DNA of 64,000 nt, from the NCBI GenBank assembly GCA_029259745.1, contig JAJDEO010000041.1, forward strand, positions 19,374-83,373. The letters are read 5' to 3'. Made by a program: the position numbers and the translations under genes. Positions 26,405 through 35,211 of this stretch are shown piece after piece; position 1 is the first letter of the stretch; every line of letters begins with the position of its first letter. The notes beneath the pieces are model-generated. The model searched no databases. It saw only the letters and a list, made by a program, of their open reading frames with translations, and was not told where the DNA came from. Source of the stretch: Planctomycetota bacterium. Its GTDB lineage: Bacteria; Planctomycetota; B15-G4.

Positions 26405-28180
26405 TCACGGGAACGGCACGCCGACGACGACGGGGTCGTGGTCGGAAACTTGATCGGCGAACTCGGCGTTGACGTGGACGACGTCGACGGCCACCGCGCT
26501 CCCATCGCCGAAGAGTGACTTGCTGACGAGCACGTGGTCGAGCACCTGCGCGACGCCTTGGTAGACGTACGTGTAGCGCTCGTTCTCGGGAAGCTGCTCG
26601 ATGAGCGACACCAGACGCGTGCCGGCGAGCGTGCGAACGGGGCGCGAGAACGGAAAGTCGTTGAGGTCGCCCATGACGATGACGGCGGCGTCTTCGTCGA
26701 TCTCGAGCAGCGCGTCGACGACGCGCCCGATCGCCGCGGCCTGCTGCACGCGCTTCGGCTCGCTGTGTCGAACGGGCGGTTGGTTGGTGCCGTAGAGCGA
26801 ATCGTCGCCGCCCTTCGAGCGCAGGTGCGCGACGATCGCGAAAAGCGACTCTCCGCCGCGGCGGAACTGCGCGATGAGCGGCTTGCGGCTGTTGTCGAAG
26901 GACGCATCGTCGGTGCCGAAGCGGCCCGGGCTGAACGACAGCGTCGGGCCGTCGGGGCGCGAGAGCACGGCGACCTCGTCGGTGGGCCCTGAACCGGGGC
27001 GACGCGCGAGCGACAGGCCGGTGTCGGTGCGCCACAGGAAACCGACACGGATGTTGCCGCAGGGTTGACCGCCGTCTTCGCCGTCAACCGGCGCGACGTC
27101 GGCCCACGAGTAGCGCGGCCCGCCGGCAGCGACGATCGCGTCGATGAGCAGCGCCCAGGTCGCGGCGGCCGACGTCGTGCCTGCGCCGCACTCGGGGCCG
27201 TCGTCGTCCTGGATTTCCTGGACACCGATGAGATCGGGCGAACGCAGGTTGTCGACAACGAGTGCCGCGAGGCGGGCGAAGTGCTCGGGGTCATCGCGCG
27301 CGTCGAGGTTCTCGACGTTGAACGTCGCGACGCGCACGAGCGCCTCATCGTCGGGCACCTCGCTGACTTCGCGCAGCAGTCCTTGGCGCTCGACGGTGGG
27401 CGCGTTCGTCACGAGCACCTTGTAGTTGCCGAAGCTGTAATGCACGACGCCGATCACGTCGCTCGTGAAGCGGTCGCCGAGGTGCATCTCCGGCACCTCG
27501 GCGAGCAGATCGTCGAGAGTGACGCGCCCAGGATGGGCGCTGCTCTCCGTCATCACCAGTGCACCGCGCGCGCTCAACGGCGCGGTGCCGCCGCAGACAA
27601 CCGTGACTTCGCCGTACTTGTTGCGGGCGCTCGTCGCGCGCGCGTCTGCGATCTGCACGCGCATGCCCTCGCAGCTCTCGAGGAAGTCGAGCGAGTCGGT
27701 GCCGATGTCGAACGAGGTCAACCCGTCGTCGTCGATCGCGGCCGTCGGAACGGTGCGACCACCCTCACCGCCCCAACGCACGGGCGCCGGCAAGGCCACC
27801 TCGCGTTCGAGCGTCTCGACGGACGCCGCAACGAGCGTCGTGATCGGGAGCGTCCCATCGCCGAACAGTTGCTCCTCAACGACGCCGCGCGCGCGCACGA
27901 TGTCGCCGACGGCGAGATCGCGATGGACGTCCGATGTCGTCATGACGACGAGCCCCTCGGACGTCTCGTCACGCGCATCGCGGGCTGCCACGGGGGCCTC
28001 GATCCAGACGCTGTATGCGTTGCGACGCGAATCGCCGTGCGACGCCGTGACGATGCCCTCCACGGCGACTTCCTGGCCGACGAGCGGCGAGCGATGCGTC
28101 GCGCCCTGGACGCGATGGATCGGCAGCACGTCAGCTGCCGGGGCCGCGAACAGCACACTGAGAAGTAGGCCGGCAAGCAT
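26405..28180 (-). CDS. Secreted endonuclease/exonuclease/phosphatase (EEP) family extracellular nuclease-like protein
   Basis: The ORF-track ORF was trimmed to MLAGLLLSVLFAAPAADV (signal peptide), with GGAG upstream. An N-terminal OB-like region is followed by an EEP domain (VATFNVENL…IGVQEIQDD…FAIVAHLRSKGGDD…VMGDLNDF…SDHDPVVV). Confidence 0.65.
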   Translation of the reverse strand: MLAGLLLSVLFAAPAADVLPIHRVQGATHRSPLVGQEVAVEGIVTASHGDSRRNAYSVWIEAPVAARDARDETSEGLVVMTTSDVHRDLAVGDIVRARGVVEEQLFGDGTLPITTLVAASVETLEREVALPAPVRWGGEGGRTVPTAAIDDDGLTSFDIGTDSLDFLESCEGMRVQIADARATSARNKYGEVTVVCGGTAPLSARGALVMTESSAHPGRVTLDDLLAEVPEMHLGDRFTSDVIGVVHYSFGNYKVLVTNAPTVERQGLLREVSEVPDDEALVRVATFNVENLDARDDPEHFARLAALVVDNLRSPDLIGVQEIQDDDGPECGAGTTSAAATWALLIDAIVAAGGPRYSWADVAPVDGEDGGQPCGNIRVGFLWRTDTGLSLARRPGSGPTDEVAVLSRPDGPTLSFSPGRFGTDDASFDNSRKPLIAQFRRGGESLFAIVAHLRSKGGDDSLYGTNQPPVRHSEPKRVQQAAAIGRVVDALLEIDEDAAVIVMGDLNDFPFSRPVRTLAGTRLVSLIEQLPENERYTYVYQGVAQVLDHVLVSKSLFGDGSAVAVDVVHVNAEFADQVSDHDPVVVGVPFP

Positions 28181-28334
28181 CGCGAGGTGTCTCCGTCGGG
28201 CTGGGACGCCCAACCTCCGTGGGTTGCGGCGACGCTCGGACAAGCGGCGCGAGTCTACCAGTCGAACAGGGAGCGCCGCGCGGGGCCTTTCTCGTACGAT
28301 GGTCGGCCGTCCCGCTTCCCCACGGATCGCTCCC

Positions 28335-29240
28335 ATGCTGCGCTCGCTGCCTCTCGCCGTCTTCGCCGCCGTCCTCACCCTCGCACCCGAGCCGACCGCG
28401 CAGCGCGGACAGCTCGACCGCGTTGCGATCGTTCCCCAACACGTCGCCGGAAACGTGCACATGCTGATGGGCGCCGGCGGGAACATCGGCGTGTCGGTCG
28501 GAGCAGACGGCGTGCTGATGGTCGACGATCAGTTCACGCAGATGGCCCCGAAGATCCGCTCGGCGATCGAAGCGATCGAAGCGACGCGCACCGGCGACTC
28601 CACGGAGTCGTCCGGCAAGATCCGCATACTCGTCAACACGCACATGCACGGCGACCACACGGGCGGCAACGCCGACTTCGCCGACGAAGCGTTGATCTTT
28701 GCCCATGCCAACGTGCGCATGCGCATGCAGAGCGAGAACCAACCGCCGCTCATGCTGCCCGTCGTGACGTTCACCGACTCGATTGATCTGCACTTCAACG
28801 GCGAGACCGTGCGCGTCATCCATCTGCCCGGCGGCCATACCGACGGCGACAGCTACATCTGGTTCCGCGCTGCGAACGTTGCCCACCTCGGCGACCACTT
28901 CTTCTCCGGCAAGTTTCCGTACGTCGACGTCGCACGCGGCGGCAGCGCGATGGGCCTGCGCGACAACATCGGTCGGCTGCTCCAGGAGTTTCCCGACGAC
29001 ACGCAGATCATCCCGGGACACGGGCCGCTCAGCACCGTCGACGACCTGCGCAAGTACCACGAGATGCTGACGGAAACCATCGAGTACGTCCGCGCGGGCC
29101 TGGCGGCCGGCAAGACACCCGACGACATGCGCCGCGCGGGATTTGACGAGAAGTGGGCCTCGTGGGGCACTGGCTTCATCAACGCCGAGGGCTGGATGCA
29201 GATCATCGTCGACAGCTTCGGCGCCGAGGATCACAACTAG
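28335..29240 (+). CDS. Secreted metallo-beta-lactamase-fold hydrolase (subclass-B3-like)
   Basis: The signal peptide is MLRSLPLAVFAAVLTLA. The HxHxDH motif is NTHMHGDHTGGN, and further His and Asp ligands lie in GGHTDGDSYIW and PGHGPL. Confidence 0.75.
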   Translation: MLRSLPLAVFAAVLTLAPEPTAQRGQLDRVAIVPQHVAGNVHMLMGAGGNIGVSVGADGVLMVDDQFTQMAPKIRSAIEAIEATRTGDSTESSGKIRILVNTHMHGDHTGGNADFADEALIFAHANVRMRMQSENQPPLMLPVVTFTDSIDLHFNGETVRVIHLPGGHTDGDSYIWFRAANVAHLGDHFFSGKFPYVDVARGGSAMGLRDNIGRLLQEFPDDTQIIPGHGPLSTVDDLRKYHEMLTETIEYVRAGLAAGKTPDDMRRAGFDEKWASWGTGFINAEGWMQIIVDSFGAEDHN

Positions 29241-29770
29241 CGGTGTGATTCAAAAGTTCGCGTCGTTTGGTTCGCGCCCTCCTCGCCGCTGGCTGTGTTG
29301 CAGCTCCTCGACGCATCCACCAAGTCGCCTGAGCAGTCCCGTTGACGAACTGCTCCGAGTGCGCCATGCGTGTCCGAGTGTGTCTGCGCGCGTGTGGAAA
29401 CGCAGGCGAATCGGTGGATTCGTCGAGGCTCCCGCGCTTGCACAGGCGCGCTCGGGCGCGGCCCCGCTCCGTCGCGCCTCATCGCGAGATGTGGTGGAAT
29501 GCACCTCGTGTCGCACCGTCTCGGGACAAAACGTCTCGTTTCCTGGCAGAGGGCGTACGAAGTCGCCTTCGAAGGCAGTGGGTCTCCGAATACCTGCCTC
29601 GCGGGTCCAGAAATGGGATAGGCGCTTTCGCCGATTGCACCTAAGGTATTCGGTGCTTTGCTTCTGATGAGGTTCTCTCCCCCGAACACCCTCATCGGAG
29701 TCGGCGACGCCGAGCCGCATGCTGCGGTTCATCCCGTTCGCCCGTCTTTCTCTCCCACCCCGAGGCCACG

Positions 29771-32755
29771 ATGCATCCGTCGTGGAACGTGCGCATGTTG
29801 CTCAAGTCAACTCTTGCCCTCTCCCTCGTCGCGACGGTCGTCACCGCTCAGGTCGACCCCGACGGCACACCCGACGCGCGCATGCCGCGCGTCGCCACCC
29901 AACAGTTCCTCGATGCGGCCGGCCCGAACTGGCAGCTGCGTTGGTCGGACGATCGCAACGCACCGCGCCACATCTGGGGCGGTTCGGTCCAGCTCGACGT
30001 CGACGGCTCCAACGCCTCGTACGAACAGCAGGCGCGGATCGTCGTCGACTCGCTCGGTGAAGCGCTCGGCTACGATTCGTCCGTGCTGCGCACCGACAAG
30101 GTCAAGGCGATGAACCTTGCGCGGATCGGTTCGTCCGACAAGGTCGTCGTGAAGTTCATGCAGGAAGTCGACGGCGTCGAAGTCTTCGGCGGACACGTCA
30201 ACGTCATCATGAGCGCCGACGGCAAGCTGCTCTCGGTCGACAACCAGGGCCTTCCGAACGCCGACCGCATCAACGCGATCCCGTCGCTCGATCCGAACGA
30301 CGCACAGGGCGCCGCGGCTGCGCACTTCTTCGAAGTGACGGGCCAGCCGGTTCTCTCGGTCGAGTTCCAGGACTACGTCATCTATCCCGGCAAGGAGTTC
30401 GCCGGCAAGCGCCAGGTCACAGCCAAGGCCGCGTACGTCTTCCACGTGCACGCGCCGGACATGCGCACCGGCGACCTTCCCGTCGCACGCGCTGTTGTCG
30501 TCGACGCCCACACAGGTGCGGCGATCGACGATTGGAGCCTCGTCCATGCGATGGACGTGAGCGGCACCGTCTCGGGCCTCGGTCAGGGCGGGCTTCTTCC
30601 CGACGGCCTCTCCGGTGAAGTCACGCTTCCGCTCCAGGACGTGCGCATCACTTCGCCGGGCAACCCGACGGTCTACACGGACATCAACGGCAACTTCAAC
30701 ATCCCCGGCGCTACGGGCAACACCCAGGTGACGGCGACGTTCAACGGCCTGTTCTCGGACGTCGAGGACAACAGCGGTTCGAACATCTCCGTGACGCAGA
30801 CGGCCAGCCCGTCGTCACCCGCGAACATCTTGATGAACCCGGGTGCAAGCGAGAACGAAGTGGCTGAGGTCAACATCCACCACCACGTCAACATCATGCG
30901 TGACTGGATCAAGAGCGTCGATCCGTCGGACGACACGTTCGACTTCCAGGTCGACTCCAACGCCAACATCGGCTTGAACTGCAACGCCTTCTACAACGGC
31001 ATCTCGATCAACTTCTACGTTGAAGGTGGCGGTTGCCAGAACACGGGCTTCTCGACGGTCGTCTACCACGAGAATGGTCACTGGGCGAACGACCTGTACG
31101 GTTCGTTCAACGGCAGCGACGGTTTCGGTGAAGGTGGCGCAGACGTCTGGGCCATGTTCATCTCCGACAACCCGATCGTTGGCGACGGCTTCTTCGGCCC
31201 CGGCTCGAACATCCGCACCGGCCTCAACACCAGCCAGTTCTGCGGTGACGCGAACCCGGGCTGCTTCGGTCAGGTCCATGCCGACGGCCAGGTGCTCATG
31301 GGTGCCTTCTGGAAGTGGCGCACGAACGTGAAGAACAACCTCGGCGCGGCGCAGGGCATCGCGACGTCCGACCTGCTGATGCTCAGCTGGTACCAGGCGT
31401 TCAACCAAACGCAGATCAAGTCGATCATCGAGGAACAGATCCTCGTGCTCGACGACAACGACGGCAACATCAACAACGGCACGCCGAACTACGCCGAGAT
31501 CGACGCGGGCTTCCAGGAGCAGGGCTTCCCCGGCTTCGAGCTTCCGCTCTTCGACTTCGCGCACACCGAGCTCGGTGTGATCGGTTCGGAAGGCCCGGTG
31601 TCGGTCGACGTCACGGTGACGGAGGAGCAGGGTTCGATCGCGTCGGTCAACCTCTTCTACTCGACGAACAACGGCTCGTCGTTCCAGTCGGTGGGCATGA
31701 ACCCGCAGGGTGGCAACCAGTTCAACGCTGACATCCCCGGCGTCGTTTCGCCGGCCGTCGTGAAGTACTACTTCGAGGCGACGGACTCGGGTGGCTCAGG
31801 TTCGAACACGTTCCCGAAGGGTGCACCGGAAGCCACGTTCAACTACGACGTCGGCGTGCTGACGGTTCGCGAGTCGAACGGTTTCGAGGGTGGCTCGGAT
31901 GACGGCTGGACTCACGTCGAGATCCAGACGCAGGACGACTGGCAGCGCGGCACACCGGTCGGTGCATCGGGTGATGCGCCGTCGGCGTTTGCAGGCTCGA
32001 ACGTGTGGGGCAACGACCTCGCGCCGTCGGGCTTCAACGGTGCCTATCAGAACGACGTCCACAACCGCCTCACCTCGCCCGCCTTCAACTTCTCGGGTGA
32101 AGAGAACCTGCGTCTGCGCTTCCAGCGCTGGCTCACGGTCGAGTCGGGTCAGTTCGACCAGGCTCGTGTGCTCGTCGACGGCAACGAGGTGTTCGTGAAC
32201 GACTTCAGCACGGACACGATCGACTCGGCGTGGACGAAGATGGACATCGACATCTCGTCGATTGCCGACAACGATTCCAACGTCACGGTCGTCTTCGAGT
32301 TGGTCAGTGATGGCGGCGTCGTCTTCGGTGGCTGGAACATCGACGAGTTCGAGATCGTTTCGCTCGAGCCCGTCGGCACGACGTACATCGAGTACGGCAC
32401 GGGCACGCAGGGCTTCGGCGGTCTGACGCCGTCGCTGTCCGGCAACGGCGGCACGGTCATCGGTGGTCCGGTCGACATCGACCTCGGCCAGGCTCGTCCG
32501 TTCGCGCCCGGTGGACTGTTCATCAGCAACGCCCAGGCGTCGTTCCCGGCGCTCGGCGGCACGTTCCTCGTCAACCCGCCGTTCACGCAGCTCGGCTTCA
32601 GTGCCAACGCGCTTGGCGCGGCCAGCTTCAACGGTGTGCTGCCGAACGACGTGACGCTGATCGGTTCGCAGGTCAACCTGCAGGCGTGGCTCCAGGATGC
32701 CGACGGCCCGAGTGGCTTCGCGGCTTCCAACGGCTTGCAGTTCACGATCCAGTGA
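29771..32755 (+). CDS. Secreted zinc metalloprotease (HExxH; M4/M36-type catalytic domain with an FTP/PepSY propeptide), with MAM/jelly-roll-like domains and a conserved C-terminal sorting-like domain
   Basis: The signal peptide is MLLKSTLALSLVATVVTAQ. The PepSY-like propeptide reads VKFMQEVDGVEVFGGHVNVIMSADGKLLSVDNQG. The zinc site is VVYHENGHWAND (HExxH). Its GC (about 62%) is lower than the flanking DNA. The C-terminal 100 aa resemble the C-termini of 19812..21353 and 54625..56445. Confidence 0.7.
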   Translation: MHPSWNVRMLLKSTLALSLVATVVTAQVDPDGTPDARMPRVATQQFLDAAGPNWQLRWSDDRNAPRHIWGGSVQLDVDGSNASYEQQARIVVDSLGEALGYDSSVLRTDKVKAMNLARIGSSDKVVVKFMQEVDGVEVFGGHVNVIMSADGKLLSVDNQGLPNADRINAIPSLDPNDAQGAAAAHFFEVTGQPVLSVEFQDYVIYPGKEFAGKRQVTAKAAYVFHVHAPDMRTGDLPVARAVVVDAHTGAAIDDWSLVHAMDVSGTVSGLGQGGLLPDGLSGEVTLPLQDVRITSPGNPTVYTDINGNFNIPGATGNTQVTATFNGLFSDVEDNSGSNISVTQTASPSSPANILMNPGASENEVAEVNIHHHVNIMRDWIKSVDPSDDTFDFQVDSNANIGLNCNAFYNGISINFYVEGGGCQNTGFSTVVYHENGHWANDLYGSFNGSDGFGEGGADVWAMFISDNPIVGDGFFGPGSNIRTGLNTSQFCGDANPGCFGQVHADGQVLMGAFWKWRTNVKNNLGAAQGIATSDLLMLSWYQAFNQTQIKSIIEEQILVLDDNDGNINNGTPNYAEIDAGFQEQGFPGFELPLFDFAHTELGVIGSEGPVSVDVTVTEEQGSIASVNLFYSTNNGSSFQSVGMNPQGGNQFNADIPGVVSPAVVKYYFEATDSGGSGSNTFPKGAPEATFNYDVGVLTVRESNGFEGGSDDGWTHVEIQTQDDWQRGTPVGASGDAPSAFAGSNVWGNDLAPSGFNGAYQNDVHNRLTSPAFNFSGEENLRLRFQRWLTVESGQFDQARVLVDGNEVFVNDFSTDTIDSAWTKMDIDISSIADNDSNVTVVFELVSDGGVVFGGWNIDEFEIVSLEPVGTTYIEYGTGTQGFGGLTPSLSGNGGTVIGGPVDIDLGQARPFAPGGLFISNAQASFPALGGTFLVNPPFTQLGFSANALGAASFNGVLPNDVTLIGSQVNLQAWLQDADGPSGFAASNGLQFTIQ

Positions 32756-32864
32756 TGGATCGCGTCACCCGGCGTCGCGTCCGCGGCGTCGGGTGACGTC
32801 AGCTTGCACGCATGACCGAGGGCCTCGGCGAGCGATCGTCGGGGCCCTCGGTTCGTCTTGGCCT

Positions 32865-34355
32865 TCAGTGCAGGATGCGCGCGGCCGTGCGCACGCCGCC
32901 GAGAGCGACAGCGAGTGTGCTCTGGCCCGGGAAGACGGAGTCGCCGACGAGGTGCAGGCCGCGCGCACGAGGTGTCTCGAGCAGGCGCAGGTACGGAAGC
33001 CATCCGGCACGGCGCGGGATGCCGCCGACGAGCCCTTGGTGCCGGCCCGTGAAGCGTTCGAAGGTGCGCGGCGAGGCGGTCAACTCGTGCGTGACGCCCG
33101 CCCACCACTCGGGCGCGAGTGTCGCGATCGTCGCGCGCATGCGTTCCTGGATCGCGGCGATGGAGGCGGCGACGCCCTCGTCATCCTGCGTCGCGAGTGA
33201 CTTCATCGGCACGTGCGTCGAGACGGTGATCGTGCGCTGCCCGTCGGGTGCCCGCGCGCCGTCGTGTGCGCCGCTGATGGAGCAGAAGACGTGGTTGCCC
33301 TCGAGGTATGGCGCCGTCGGGTCGGCCACGAGTTCGAGGTGGTGAGCTTGATCGTCGGCCTCGGCCGGAGGTCGGGTTGCGAGGTAGAGCATGCACGCGC
33401 CCCAACCGTCGTCGACGCGGCGCGCCGTCTTCGCGAGCGAGCGTCGCAGCGCCGCGAGGCCGTCGTCCCCGTCACCCAACAGGCGTGCGACATCGTGTGG
33501 AAGCATGTTCGCGACCACGTGTCGGGCGCGGACATCGCCGCCTCGCGACGAGACAACCCACGCGTCGCCCTCGCGGCGCAGACCCGTGACACCATCCGCC
33601 ATGCAGGCCTCCCCGCCGGCCACCTCCAAACCCTTCAAGAGCCCCCAGGCGAGGCTCCCGATCCCGCCGCGCACGTGCCCCGTGCCGCGGTAGTAGTAGT
33701 CGATCGTCCCCAGTGCAAAGGGCGACTCGGCCTCGTCGACACCGCACTGCACCGTGATCTGGCAGAGGCCGTCGAGGTACTCGACGAGCGGTCGATGGTC
33801 GGCGATGCCGTGACGCTCGAGATCGGCCCGCACCGGGCGGCCGATGTGTCGCAGCAGCGGGAGGTAGCGCGGGATGCGCTTGGCGTGGGCGAGCAGCGCC
33901 GCGACGTTGAACGGCGGAAGCAGCTCGGGCTCGTCGAGGATCTCCCAGAGGACGTCGGCGACGCGGCGCTGCTCGGCGAAGAACGCGCGGATGCCTGCCG
34001 CCGGTGCGCCGGGTGCGGCACACAACGACTCGACAAACGCCGCACGGTCGCGCCCGACGACGAGCGAGCGCTCGGGCGTGCGAAACTCGACGAGCGGGTC
34101 GATCCAGTCGACGGTGACGTCGAGTCCGTAGCGCTTGATCCAGCGGCCGAAGAGCTGGTCGTCCGCGAAGCCCGAGAACAGCGTCGCCCCGGCTTCGAAA
34201 CGGTAGCCCTGTCGCTCGAATGTGCTCGCACACCCGCCGGGGTACTTGAGCCGCTCGTGCAGCCGCACCGTCAGCCCGCCCTCGGCGAGCGCCAAGGCCG
34301 CGGCGAGCCCGCCGAAACCCGCACCGATGACGACGGCGTCGACGGTGTCGGTCAT
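32865..34355 (-). CDS. NAD(P)/FAD-dependent oxidoreductase (phytoene desaturase / CrtI-CrtD family)
   Basis: The N-terminus carries the Rossmann dinucleotide motif VVIGAGFGGLAAALALAEGG. At 496 aa it matches the length of CrtI-family amine oxidase-fold proteins. Confidence 0.75.
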   Translation of the reverse strand: MTDTVDAVVIGAGFGGLAAALALAEGGLTVRLHERLKYPGGCASTFERQGYRFEAGATLFSGFADDQLFGRWIKRYGLDVTVDWIDPLVEFRTPERSLVVGRDRAAFVESLCAAPGAPAAGIRAFFAEQRRVADVLWEILDEPELLPPFNVAALLAHAKRIPRYLPLLRHIGRPVRADLERHGIADHRPLVEYLDGLCQITVQCGVDEAESPFALGTIDYYYRGTGHVRGGIGSLAWGLLKGLEVAGGEACMADGVTGLRREGDAWVVSSRGGDVRARHVVANMLPHDVARLLGDGDDGLAALRRSLAKTARRVDDGWGACMLYLATRPPAEADDQAHHLELVADPTAPYLEGNHVFCSISGAHDGARAPDGQRTITVSTHVPMKSLATQDDEGVAASIAAIQERMRATIATLAPEWWAGVTHELTASPRTFERFTGRHQGLVGGIPRRAGWLPYLRLLETPRARGLHLVGDSVFPGQSTLAVALGGVRTAARILH

Positions 34356-34377
34356 GGGCGGAGATCAAAGCGCGTGA

Positions 34378-35004
34378 TCATGGAGCGCCGAGATAGCACG
34401 CCGACAAGGTCAGCGCGAAAGTCAGGCCGATCCCGCCACGTTTCGCCCCCGGCTTCATCGATTGCTCGAGCGTCGACTTGCCTACGTGACCGACGGCCGC
34501 CGAGCCTGTGACCTTCAAGCTCGTTTGCCGGCCCTGGAGTTCGGCGCTGCGAAGACGATCGGCGACCTCGAGCCCGAACCCGCGCACATCGGGGAGAGCA
34601 CGCCCGGCGTGAGATCGGGAGTCGTCACGACGCGCGCTCACGTCTCGCCGTGCGGACGCCCGATCATGTGGAACCGTGACGTTCCTGAATAGCCCATCGC
34701 CGCGTACAGCGGTCGGCCGTCTTCCGAGGCGTGGTGCGTGGTGCGCGTGGTCCTCGCAGAGCACGTGGAACCACGGGTGGGGACAGCTCGACGCGACGTC
34801 GACGGCTGTCCGCAGGCTTGTGCGCAGCACGGCTTCGTCGGCGAGCGGCCCTTCGTGAAAGCACGCGTTGAGGAACGCCAGCTCGATCTGGGCGAGCGTC
34901 GCGACGACGCCGTCACGACGTTCGACGCGTCCGGTTGGAAAGCTCGTCGCGAACGACGCCCAAGCGTCGACGAACAGCGTCGCCAGCTCGTGCTGTGAAC
35001 TCAT
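34378..35004 (-). CDS. Hypothetical protein with a possible GNAT-like fold
   Basis: It starts MSSQHELATLFVDAWASF and has GAAGGAG 8 nt upstream. A C-terminal R/KGxGxG-like segment reads KRGGIGLTFAL. The upstream part of ORF-track ORF 34378..35733 is Arg-rich junk. Confidence 0.4.
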   Translation of the reverse strand: MSSQHELATLFVDAWASFATSFPTGRVERRDGVVATLAQIELAFLNACFHEGPLADEAVLRTSLRTAVDVASSCPHPWFHVLCEDHAHHAPRLGRRPTAVRGDGLFRNVTVPHDRASARRDVSARRDDSRSHAGRALPDVRGFGLEVADRLRSAELQGRQTSLKVTGSAAVGHVGKSTLEQSMKPGAKRGGIGLTFALTLSACYLGAP

Positions 35005-35211
35005 GCGCGGGTGCTCCTTCGGGACGGCGGATCTCGACGAGGCGCGCAAGCGTCGCACGCCCAGCGCGACCTCACAACGAGCATCACCGCGCGCCCCGCG
35101 TCCTGTGTCGGCGTCAGCACGACGAGGAAACTGCGACGCACGTCGCACGAACCTCGGCCCACCTGCGACAATCCCGCAACGACACCTCTCAGCCCCCTCG
35201 ACGCGCCCGCC

